Program-made: the position numbers and the translations under genes
Shown here: piece after piece, positions 25,666 through 35,989 of the stretch
How positions within the stretch are numbered: the stretch's first letter is position 1
How the letters are laid out: every line of letters begins with the position of its first letter
DNA from: Octopus bimaculoides
Taxonomy: Eukaryota
Assembly: GCF_001194135.2 (NCBI RefSeq)
Contig: NC_068991.1
Coordinates: forward strand, 51,725,521 to 51,768,732
Direction of reading: 5' to 3'
Length of the DNA: 43,212 nt
The notes under the pieces: model-generated
Database searches by the model: none
What the model saw: the letters and a program-made list of their open reading frames with translations, nothing else
What the model was told of the DNA's origin: nothing

Positions 25666-25776
25666 AAGACAAGAATCAGTTGTATACTTGGGGCTAATTC
25701 AGTTGGCTACATCTCTCTTCTATAATCTGTGATCTTGTACCAGTATGAGAAATCAATAAAAGAAAGGAAAACTTAC

Positions 25777-25886
25777 AAGGTTTTAACACTTTCAGGAGGT
25801 CCTTGAAGTTGTCCAATCACTGTCCCACGTTTGGTATTCTGAACCCAGCCAACACAGTTGTTGTTCATGGCCATTTCTTGCAGATG
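25777..25886 (-). CDS. ACYP: Acylphosphatase (ACYP1/2-like), internal coding exon, 110 nt
   Basis: Encodes HLQEMAMNNNCVGWVQNTKRGTVIGQLQGPPESVKT(L), matching the acylphosphatase signature GWV-x-N-T-x-x-G-T-V-x-G-Q-x-Q-G-P with the catalytic Asn. Acceptor ttttcttgttccccag (AG at 25888-25887); donor GTAAGT (25776-25771); ends in phase 2 (TT). Confidence 0.93.
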
Positions 25887-26001
25887 CTGGGGAACAAGAA
25901 AAAAAAAACAATAGAAAAAACAAAAAAAAAGCAGTAATAATAATAACAGGTTTACATTAAAAATAACAAAGGAGTTAATGAATGTATTTATCATCATTCC
26001 A

Positions 26002-26314
26002 GTGAAGGCACATGGCTTAGTGGTTAGAGTATTCAGTTTACAATTGTAAGGATATGAGTTCAAAAACCAGTGGTGCGTTGTGTTCTTTATTTCATGTTGC
26101 TCCAATCCACTCAGATGGCAAAAATGAATAGTGCATGTAATTCAAAGGGCCAGCCATGTCACATTCTGTGTCATGCTGAATCTCCTTGAAAACTATGTTA
26201 AGGGTACATGTGTCTGTGGAGTGTTCAGCCACTCAAACATTGATTTCATGGGCAGGCTGTTTCATTGATTGGATCAACTGGAACCCTTGTCCTTATAACC
26301 AATGGAGTGCCAGT

Positions 26315-26317
<3 letters not shown>
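26002..26317 (+). mobile_element. Chimeric SINE: family C head plus family D tail
   Basis: The first 130 bp or so match the C copy at 10418-10678. The remainder (gtaattcaaag...ggagtgcca) matches the D copy at about 25060-25235. Confidence 0.82.
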
Positions 26318-26348
<31 letters not shown>

Positions 26349-26353
<5 letters not shown>

Positions 26354-26449
26354 CAATGAGAAAATGGAGGGGAATATGCGGTATTCTTCAACTGCATGTC
26401 TGCAAGTTGATGAATACCACATATTCCCCTCCATTTTCTTATTGCTATA
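26349..26449. mobile_element. Hairpin MITE of about 100 bp in a (TA)n tract
   Basis: 45-bp arms 26349-26393 and 26405-26449 with 4 mismatches. Confidence 0.75.
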
Positions 26450-26957
26450 TAAATTAAGGGTAAAATTTCCTTTCTTGGATTATATAGATATATATATAGA
26501 TGAACAATCTTCTATGTACTATGCCGGATACGTGAGTGTTGGTTTTAATATGTTGAATTTTTTGTTTATTTTTATGTATCTTGACCATACTATATACTGA
26601 TGATCAGAACTTAAATATTGNNNNNNNNNNNNNNNNNNNNNNNNNNNNNNNNNNNNNNNNNNNNNNNNNNNNNNNNNNNNNNNNNNNNNNNNNNNNNNNN
26701 NNNNNNNNNNNNNNNNNNNNNNNNNNNNNNNNNNNNNNNNNNNNNNNNNNNNNNNNNNNNNNNNNNNNNNNNNNNNNNNNNNNNNNNNNNNNNNNNNNNN
26801 NNNNNNNNNNNNNNNNNNNNNNNNNNNNNNNNNNNNNNNNNNNNNNNNNNNNNNNNNNNNNNNNNNNNNNNNNNNNNNNNNNNNNNNNNNNNNNNNNNNN
26901 NNNNNNNNNNNNNNNNNNNNNNNNNNNNNNATATATATATATATATATAAAATTATG

Positions 26958-27118
26958 ACCTGTCTTGTCACATTCTGTGTCATGCAGAGTCTCCCTGAGA
27001 ACTACGTTAAGGGTATGCATATATGTGGAGTGCTCAGCTACTTGAATGTTAATTTCATGAACAAGCTGTTCCATTGATTGGATCAACTGGATACCTCATA
27101 ACCAACAGAGTACCAGTA
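26958..27118 (+). mobile_element. SINE family D 3' tail fragment
   Basis: cttgtcacattctgtgtcatgc...ccctgagaactacgttaagggta...ggatcaactgg. Confidence 0.8.
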
Positions 27119-27361
27119 GAGTACTGTACAAGTTGTGATTCGTACAAATCCAAGGATTTACAACTGCTTCTGCAGAGAAACAGAAATGATATTCACAGGA
27201 ATAGAAATACATATATTTCAATACATATGAACGTTAAGATCTGAAAATGTTTTCAGGGCATTCTTATGTATTAATTTGTTAATATTGAAATGTTTTATGT
27301 ATGCTTTTGAAAAATGTACCTAATTTTTGTTGATGTAAGAAAAAGAAACTAGTGACGCAGT

Positions 27362-27387
27362 CTTCAAATATGAATGATGACGACAAC

Positions 27388-27421
<34 letters not shown>

Positions 27422-27493
27422 GTGAGGACAATGATGATGACAATGATGATGATGACGATGATAGCAATGGTGGTGGTGATAATGACAACCACA

Positions 27494-27535
<42 letters not shown>

Positions 27536-27545
27536 GTGAGATGAT
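27362..27545. repeat. Imperfect (GAT)n microsatellite
   Basis: Direct inspection. Confidence 0.9.
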
Positions 27546-27897
27546 GAGGCTGATAATGAAAATTGGAGACATTCCAGGTAAACAGTATTGCTTCCACAAA
27601 ATAAACACATAAACCATCCCACGTAAAACGGAAAAGTAAAATATCACTGCAAGGCAATTTGAAAACAATAATTACTATAGTTATGTTCGAAAGAAGAACT
27701 TCTTATTCTCTCTACACTTCTCTCCTCTTTCTTTGACTCCATTAACAACTTTACTGAATAACATCACCATTGGTAACAAACGCTACTGAAAAATTATGAT
27801 CCATCTCATGTATATATGTATGTGTGAGTATGTGTGTGCGTATAGTTTTAGAAGACATCCGTTTGATTACATATATATATATATATATATATATAAA

Positions 27898-28108
27898 GTG
27901 GGACAAGAACGCAAAACAGTTAGGTGATACAAGAAAGGGACAACAAAACATCCAGATAGACGATACAAAGAAAACAAGGACAGGTCATTCGGAGTTTTCT
28001 TTCCTCAGCTGAGTTCCAGATTATCTTTGCAATTTTGGCTGGTTATACTCGAGATTGCTCCAATCTGGCCAGCCCCAAGGAAAAACTAAGCTAAGAGCAT
28101 TAGATTCC
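27898..28108 (-). mobile_element. Possible Penelope-like 3' end with strongly derived hammerhead-like motif
   Basis: Minus strand CTGAGGA-aagaaaactcc-GAAT-gacct-GTC (28009-27979); the core is non-canonical. Confidence 0.35.
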
Positions 28109-28903
28109 TACCTATCTATCTATCTATCTATATATATATATATCTATCTATCTATCTATCTATCTATCAGCTTATCTATCAATCCACCTATCTACCTATG
28201 TATCTCTCTCTCTTTCTTTCTCCTTCTCTCTCTCTCTCTCTACCTATCTATCTATCTGAAACGCCTAGTTTAGNNNNNNNNNNNNNNNNNNNNNNNNNNN
28301 NNNNNNNNNNNNNNNNNNNNNNNNNNNNNNNNNNNNNNNNNNNNNNNNNNNNNNNNNNNNNNNNNNNNNNNNNNNNNNNNNNNNNNNNNNNNNNNNNNNN
28401 NNNNNNNNNNNNNNNNNNNNNNNNNNNNNNNNNNNNNNNNNNNNNNNNNNNNNNNNNNNNNNNNNNNNNNNNNNNNNNNNNNNNNNNNNNNNNNNNNNNN
28501 NNNNNNNNNNNNNNNNNNNNNNNNNNNNNNNNNNNNNNNNNNNNNNNNNNNNNNNNNNNNNNNNNNNNNNNNNNNNNNNNNNNNNNNNNNNNNNNNNNNN
28601 NNNNNNNNNNNNNNNNNNNNNNNNNNNNNNNNNNNNNNNNNNNNNNNNNNNNNNNNNNNNNNNNNNNNNNNNNNNNNTATATATATATATATGTAGTGTT
28701 TTTGGAATATTTACAAAAGATAATTGCCAGCTAAAGTGAAAATCTACAATAACTTTATATTGCATAGATTTTAAATAACTGTCACTCTCCATTCTCGCTT
28801 CTCTGTTAAATAAACATCATGTGGCAAGAAAATGATATTTTTATTGCAAGCTAACAACGGACGCATCAGACAATTTCAAACACCAAGGAATTGATTAAAT
28901 CGC

Positions 28904-28952
<49 letters not shown>

Positions 28953-28959
28953 TAATAAT

Positions 28960-29110
28960 GATAATAAATGAAGAATGGCGTAATTCTTCGTGAAGATAAA
29001 TATACAATAAGAAGAGTATGATGCTCTGGGTAATAAAACACAGATTGACTTTGTTTATTGAAGTGGACAATATTTCGACAGCTTGTTTGTCGTCATCAGG
29101 TTCGAAATGA
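28960..29110 (-). mobile_element. Penelope-like pseudo-LTR remnant with decayed minimal hammerhead and AATAAA
   Basis: Minus strand CTGATGA (29099-93), GACA/TGTC stem, GAAA (29076-73), palindromic AATATT, GTC (29068-66), AATAAA (29059-54). Confidence 0.6.
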
Positions 29111-29179
29111 AAAATACGCAGAAATGTAGAAATTCAAAATTTCAATTGTACTTCTTGGCGTTCCATCCTAGGTAAAAAG

Positions 29180-29300
29180 AAGATGTAATCAAGTTTCGTA
29201 CTTGACAGGTACTTTATTTTATTGATCCCCAAAGGGATGAAAGACAAAGTTGACCTTGGCAGAATTTGAACTCAGCACGTAAATAGCCGAAACAAAGAAG
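29180..29300 (-). mobile_element. SINE family A fragment
   Basis: ggatgaaagacaaagttgaccttggcagaatttgaactcag. Confidence 0.7.
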
Positions 29301-29799
29301 TTCTGATAAAGTCTTTTAGAATCTGTATAAGTGAAGATTCTTAGTTGTCAATGAAAAAAGAAGCCCAAAAATTTCATAAGGAATTAAGATAAAATTGATA
29401 GTGTGGTTATAGTGAGGGTTGGCTGCCACATATCAATGATCAACGTAGATTGGTTTCATGTTTTGTGCAGTGTGTAGTGAAAAACATTCAGCAGACACGG
29501 AAGCTATTAAAGCTGGTTTTAGTGGGAAGAAGCCAGAGTGAATTCGGACCACGAGTGAATTCGGGTCGTGATTTTTTTCTCTCACTAATAGCTGTTTTCA
29601 CATCTACACACTTAGCCCAGCTCAATTCTTCCTCATAGCTGTTCTTACAACGACGTACTCAACCCAGTGCGAAAGCTGAAGAAACATACCACGGCAACAC
29701 GACAACATGAATATGCATCGATGTGAAAAATCAGTCTAAATATCGAATTACTGATGAAGATCTGCACCTGTAATACACAACATTCATATAAAATTAACT

Positions 29800-30290
29800 C
29801 TACTTGTATTGCATGACCACCTTTGTATTAACGTAGCGATAAATGATGCTTATAAATTGAGAAGTCTTTCGTCATAACCACACTACAAATGCTTCTTCTT
29901 CAATAGGCAACGTTCAAAGATGGTTCATAAATCAGAAAAAATTAGTACACTGAAAGTAACTGAGTGGGTCAAACGGTCAATGTAACATAGAGGCAGTTGT
30001 ATATGAAGTGAGGGTCGCGTCTATGGATCCCAACGGAATGGTACGGATACAATATGTCGGAGTGAGAGAAGGCCTCTTGAAGTCGCGTGTCTTTTACGAT
30101 CTAGGAGAGGCGAAACGTCACGTATATGACGTTTGAAAGAGAAGACTGCAACGTATGATGTTAACAAGAGGTTTATTGAAACATGCAGGCCTTACTCTAA
30201 CAAAAACAAGTGATACAAACTCTGTGTGGCGGAGAAACTTATGTCTTTCAAGAAGGTAAAATAATCACACCATGCTCGCAAGCATAAATG
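29800..30290 (+). mobile_element. Penelope-like element ORF remnant, GIY-YIG endonuclease
   Basis: GQCNIEAVVYEVRVASMDPNGMVRIQYVGVREGLLKSR (VVY at 29996-30004, YVG at 30053-30061), followed by ETCRPYSNKNK*YKLCVAEKL, like the PLE C-terminal PYS-x-x-x-K-x-C-x-LC-x-x-EK motif. Confidence 0.72.
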
Positions 30291-30490
30291 AAAATACACT
30301 GAAAGGTATTGGTCAACCACCTGACTAACTGGTGACTTTTTCACAAGAAACTTACTCTCTTTCTACGTATCCAGACAATTCTATTTCTATTTCTCCTTGT
30401 CACTCTATTTCTGTCTCTCTCTCTACTTCTTTCTCTCTCATCATTCCCTCTATCTGTTTCAACCCCTCGTTCCGTCCTCCTCTGTATATA

Positions 30491-31608
30491 CGAGAAGTCT
30501 TCATTAAAGATTTCCCCTGACCCACTTCTGGTTATTGCAAGAAACGGAATATGTACAGGTAGTGCCATATGTGTCTCTACATGTCACACTGTGAATTGCA
30601 GCTTTCCACAAGTATTCGTTTGTCTTTTACAGTTGCTGAAGTGTACTAAGATGTTATAATGGAGGCAGTTGAATGCAGATCAAGTTCGTATACTTGAAAG
30701 GTCGTACACCAAAAGAGACGTTCGATGAGATGAAAGAAGCTTATAGTGACGATACACCCTCATGCGACGTAGTCAAGCACTAGCATCGCTAGTTCAGATG
30801 TGGTTGGACATCAATGGAAACTGCTCCTATTCCTGGACGATTACGTTTCGCTATTGATGACGACACCATCCATAAAGTAGAAGCTGCCATTTTGGAGGAT
30901 CACGCATAACTATTCGGCAACTAGCCCAAGAAGTGAAGATAAGTGTAGGGTCCGTGGAAAAAATAATTCGTGAACGTTTGCAAATGCGGAAAATGTATGC
31001 TCGACGGATTCCCCGGATGCTCACACCTTTTCAGAAGCAGGAACGTGTCAATTGCTACCATGCTCTTTTGGAAATGTACCAAGAAAACGAGGAGGACTTT
31101 TTCGACAACCTTATCACACAGGATGAAACATGGGACCATCACTATGATCCTGAGACTAAAGTCTAGTCGAAGCAATGGAAGCATGATAACTCACCACCTC
31201 CAAAGAAGGCTCGTGTCCAACCCTCAGTGGGGAAGGTGATGCTCAGTCTTTTGGGACCAGCGCGAAGAGATGATGGGTTTTCTGGAAAAGGGCATATTAT
31301 GCTCTTCTATGTTGCAGAAATTGCGGGAGGCCATCAAAGCAGAGAGACGTGGCATGCTGACCGAAGGAGACTGCCTCCTCCGAGACAACGTCCCAATTCA
31401 CAATGTGCATGTTGCCTAGATGACAGCACACTCTTTCGGCTATGAAAACCTTGAAGAGGAAGCACTCTTCTACAGACGAGGTCTTCACAGCTGCGTAGTG
31501 ATGGGGGAAGTGTGTCACCATTGGTGGTGGCTATGTGGAGGACTAATAATTATACCAAGTTTCGTTTATCCCAGTGGGTCAAAGGAAACCTTTAATGAAC
31601 ATCCCTCA
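30491..31608 (+). mobile_element. Mariner transposon, internally deleted pseudogene (1118 bp)
   Basis: TA flanks (30489-90, 31609-10); TIRs of about 35 bp with ttcattaaag-x-tttcc-x-x-tgacccact. ATG at 30659, then RIPRMLT, QDETWDHHYDPETK and LRDNVPIH. The YSPDL motif and third Asp are missing; stops and frameshifts are present. Confidence 0.93.
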
Positions 31609-31699
31609 TATTGCATGAATGTGTGCAAGGTATGCGTTCGTTGTGTATATGCCTGTGTAAAAATCTCCTTTTTCCTTTTCCTCGTGTGTGTATGTGTGA

Positions 31700-31755
<56 letters not shown>

Positions 31756-31896
31756 ATTAGTTATAAGAATCATTAGAATCTGACCACATCAACATGTAGC
31801 ATGCGAGGACTGGTTTAGTATCATAACACTGAGTTCACAGTCAGGTAAAACAAGCAGGGTTGGTTCCAGGATGGGCGTAAATATAAAAAAAAGAAC

Positions 31897-32970
31897 ACAA
31901 ATAGAGTTTAAAATTTACTACAACAGTTTCGGTAGCATTTTATTGTTGCATTCATAGATTACATCAATTTGTAACAGCAGGGGTCACCAATGTAACTGTA
32001 GGGGGGGTCACCAATTGTGGCGGCAATGATATTCACCAATGTAACTGTTAGTTCCTTGTTGTAGTTGAAGATCGCCAATGGTAACGGATTGTTCTTAAGA
32101 TGTTGCAGATGTGCAGGATGAATGAAGAACTGTGATCGAAGTTGTAAAGAAATATTTATTTACCGTTACTTAATATAATGGCATGCCTCGATGGGCAAGT
32201 GTGATATAATTGAAAGGGCATGCGAGGTTAAGAAAGTTAATTTCGGCTTGTATGTGTGTACACGTTCTCGTAGTGGTAATCCACAGATAGAGATAGAATA
32301 AAGTTCTAGAGAAAAGAAAGTGTGCTAGTGAAAGTTATAGAGTCGAGAGACGTTGTGTTTCATAGTTGGCTGATTGTAACCTTCTTTCTCCCTCTGGCCG
32401 TTTGGTCTCAAGTGGCTGCCTGCTTGTGGCCATGACTCTAGCTGGTCTCTGTTCACTAACTGATTTTGCCTTACCAAATTCTAGTATTTATAACTATCCA
32501 AAACTAGTTAGAAGGTGAGACATATTGTTGAGAACAATAAATTTCGTTGGTGGTATCCGTTATCTCAATTCTAACTTTTGGTGGCCTAGAAGAGGTTAGA
32601 AGGGTCAAGGGGCAAAGTTATTATTCTGCTTAGCGAAGGTATCTGGCGAATGTATCTGTTGTCACTCACAGAAAAACTATTGTTTTACCGTGAGAAAAGT
32701 GCTGTTGAACTGTTAAGTGAAATTTGGCGATCGAGGATCGAATCCACGCCATGTTTGCATGAAGTCACTACAAATTTATAAATTTACCATCCTCAGGTAA
32801 AATTGTTCGTCGTGTTATTTGGTGAAGAGGTCATCTTCTAGGTCTTACCTTGCCTGTTTATAAATGTTTAAGATTACCTGAGGAGGGTGGATTTATGCTA
32901 TGATGTAATCGATGAATGCATCGATAAAATGCTACCGAAACAGCTGAAGACAAATTTAAACTCCATTTGT
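31897..32970 (+). mobile_element. Penelope-like fold-back pseudo-LTR with decayed hammerhead (32870-32957); left arm split by an LTR
   Basis: Inverted blocks 31897-31966/32901-32970 and 32778-32804/32870-32897. CTGAGGA (32878-84) ... GAAA (32937-40) followed by palindromic CAGCTG. Confidence 0.68.
31970..32772. mobile_element. Solo LTR (803 bp), probably Ty3/Gypsy type
   Basis: TGTA...TACA termini with a 4-bp TSD AATT (31966-69 and 32773-76); interrupts an otherwise colinear inverted arm. Confidence 0.7.
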
Positions 32971-33745
32971 ATTCCACTTTGATGTGTGTGTGTGTGTGTG
33001 TGCGTGTGTGCGTGCGTGCGTGTGTGCGTGCGNNNNNNNNNNNNNNNNNNNNNNNNNNNNNNNNNNNNNNNNNNNNNNNNNNNNNNNNNNNNNNNNNNNN
33101 NNNNNNNNNNNNNNNNNNNNNNNNNNNNNNNNNNNNNNNNNNNNNNNNNNNNNNNNNNNNNNNNNNNNNNNNNNNNNNNNNNNNNNNNNNNNNNNNNNNN
33201 NNNNNNNNNNNNNNNNNNNNNNNNNNNNNNNNNNNNNNNNNNNNNNNNNNNNNNNNNNNNNNNNNNNNNNNNNNNNNNNNNNNNNNNNNNNNNNNNNNNN
33301 NNNNNNNNNNNNNNNNNNNNNNNNNNNNNNNNNNNNNNNNNNNNNNNNNNNNNNNNNNNNNNNNNNNNNNNNNNNNNNNNNNNNNNNNNNNNNNNNNNNN
33401 NNNNNNNNNNNNNNNNNNNNNNNNNNNNNNNNNNNNNNNNNNNNNNNNNNNNNNNNNNNNNNNNNNNNNNNNNNNNNNNNNNNNNNNNNNNNNNNNNNNN
33501 NNNNNNNNNNNNNNNNNNNNNNNNNNNNNNNNNNNNNNNNNNNNNNNNNNNNNNNNNNNNNNNNNNNNNNNNNNNNNNNNNNNNNNNNNNNNNNNNNNNN
33601 NNNNNNNNNNNNNNNNNNNNNNNNNNNNNNNNNNNNNNNNNNNNNNNNNNNNNNNNNNNNNNNNNNNNNNNNNNNNNNNNNNNNNNNNNNNNNNNNNNNN
33701 NNNNNNNNNNNNNNNNNNNNNNNNNNNNNNNNNNNNNNNNNNNNN

Positions 33746-33784
<39 letters not shown>

Positions 33785-34059
33785 GTAAAGTCAGTGTATG
33801 TATATGTATAAAATATGAAGAAGAGACAATCGCAGTTTGGTACAACAAACATTTCAGAAGTAAGATATCCATCGATTACATGTATGCTACATCATAATAT
33901 AAAGACATCTCCTTTCGCATCAAGTATGTGGCTGCCAGGTAACAAAATCGATTGTCCTTACATTCGAACCGTAATGAGAAAAAAAATGTAATTTAGATAC
34001 ATACTAATAGGTTATAATACAAAAAAGCCAATCATACGTATTGTGCCTACTTGAGCTAG

Positions 34060-34440
34060 TTTCAGATGGCATGGTTATCATCTTGGTGGCTTTCGTCAGT
34101 TGTTTGGGTTCCAACCAACGAATTCTCTGTAGGAAATGGCGTTCTGATCTAACAGGAAATAGGTCTGTCGCCAGACTTTGGTGCCTGGGGGTGCTTCAGA
34201 ATATTCTGGGCGGATAATAATTTGTAATAATGCTAAAGTGGAGTTGCGAAATAAGTATATCACTGTAAATCTGAGGGTTTACTATCGAATGGTAAGGGGA
34301 CTCTGGCCGTCCAGTGCATCCCCTTAGTGACAGGCGTGACTGGAAAGCCGCCACAACTTTGTCTAGGAGTCAAAAACGTTATCATTGGTTTCGTGTCTAT
34401 TATTGATCTTGGCAATATAGCGACTCATCATACCTCCAGA
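34060..34440 (-). mobile_element. Possible Penelope-like fragment with decayed hammerhead (34438-34373)
   Basis: Minus strand aTGATGA (34431-25), long stem CTATATTG/CAATAATAG, GAAA (34392-89); C3 is mutated. Confidence 0.4.
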
Positions 34441-34810
34441 TCTACTGGCCGGAGGGACTGCAGATCTAAACAACTGATCGATTGTGTTTATGTGTGTGTG
34501 TGAGTGCGTGTGCGTGTGTGTGTGTGCGCATGTGGGTGTGCGTGTGTGTATGCGTGCGTGTGTATATATATATTCTATACAAATTTAGATATTGAATTAT
34601 ATTTCAATAGGGATTGGTGGATAGGAAATCAAACATGGAGAAAATAAGAAGATAAAGTAAATATTTAATATATATCTGATAAAATGTATATTAAAACAGC
34701 AGAAGTATAGTGCTTTGACCAACTTCTATGTGAAAGAGATAATTAAAGAAGCAAATAATGAGATAGATATTAGATAAGGAGATCATGACACTTATTCAAG
34801 GTTATCATCA

Positions 34811-34811
34811 C

Positions 34812-34880
<69 letters not shown>

Positions 34881-35200
34881 TATCATTATTGCCTTTGCAC
34901 AGCTTCTAACGCTGGAGATGTACTACGGTGTCAGCTGTTCACTACTAGTGAACTAAGGTAACACCTCTTATTTTTCGAGCACCTTCCGGAATATTCGAGC
35001 GGTTCCAAGCAGTGCTGTTTTCTGCAAGTGCTTCACCCTTATTGCAGCCCCTATTTGTTCCACGTACTTCTTGAAATTTTTGCTCACTGTTCCCAGGGCT
35101 CCGACAATTATTTGTACTACTGCTACCTTTTTCATCGACCACAACTGCTTAACTTCCCAAGCTAACCTATCATATCTCTCAACTTTTCTTTCTTCCTTAT
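34811..35200 (-). mobile_element. 5'-truncated R4/Dong LINE of a second subfamily, embedded in (TAA)n
   Basis: KEERKVERYDRLAWEVKQLWSMKKVAVVQIIVGALGTVSKNFKKYVEQIGAAIRVKHLQKTALLGTARIFRKVLEK* is homologous to the end of the 12595-16111 element. A short 3' UTR is followed by (TAA)n. Confidence 0.9.
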
Positions 35201-35213
35201 CATTATTATTATT

Positions 35214-35625
35214 AAGGTGGTGAGCTTGTAGAATTGTTAGCACGCCAGGCAAAATGCCAAGCGGCATTTTGTCCGTCTTTACGTTCTGAGTTCAAATTCC
35301 ACCGAGGTTGACTTAAATTAAATACCAGTGAAACACAGGGATCGATGTAATCGACTTCACCCCTCCTTCAAAATTTCAGGCCTTGTGCCTTAAGTAGAAA
35401 GGATTAATATTATTAAGGCAGCGAGCTGGCAGAATCATTAGCCGGACAAAATGCTTAGCGACATTTCGTCCGTCTTAACGTTCTGAGTTCAAATTCTGCC
35501 GAGGTCGACTTTGCCTTTCATCCTTTCGGAGTCGATAAATTAAGTACCAGTTGAACTTTGGGTCGATATAATCGACTAGTCCCCTCCCCAAACATGGCTG
35601 CCCTTGTGGAAAATTTGAAACCATT
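35214..35625 (+). mobile_element. Two tandem SINE family A copies (35214-35405 and 35415-35625) with different tail variants
   Basis: Young copies with gagttcaaatt B-boxes; tails ...agtagaaaggatt versus ...aaatttgaaaccatt. Confidence 0.88.
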
Positions 35626-35649
35626 ATTATTATTATTATTATTATTATT

Positions 35650-35821
35650 GGATATGCTCAACTGATTAAGGTAAAAAAACTGACAAACAAATCTGTGGTA
35701 TTGTGCAGAATATTTGCTGTAGCCCATCTTTTATACCAAGACAAAATAATGTACATGACATCACTTCCAATCAGTTAAGATCAGAAGCCATGAGAGCCAC
35801 TGCCTTGTACTGCATCAGGAA

Positions 35822-35825
<4 letters not shown>
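35650..35825 (+). mobile_element. 3' fragment of an (ATT)n-tailed retroelement (family G)
   Basis: atgctcaact...ctgtggtattg...cagaatatttgctgtagcccatctttt is repeated at 37070-37160. Confidence 0.7.
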
Positions 35826-35861
<36 letters not shown>

Positions 35862-35989
35862 TCCCGATTGATTTGCATTTTATTTCACCTTCTGACCAGG
35901 TCTCAATCAGAGATCTGAAGATGTATATATTAGATGGAAAGATTTTCGTAAGAAGGTGGGAAGTTGATGTAAGCACATTAATGTCGTCA

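Larger units (their letters stand above)
9992..25776 (-). other. 15.8-kb GT-AG intron of ACYP, filled with LINE, SINE and MITE insertions
   Basis: Canonical splice sites and phase agreement of the two flanking exons. Confidence 0.88.

Noticed and set aside
27279-27668. Poly-Asp, poly-His and poly-Ser ORFs
   Set aside because: Translations of a (GAT)n microsatellite, open in several frames; the same applies to the many YI, CV and TH repeat ORFs and the gap-spanning X ORFs.
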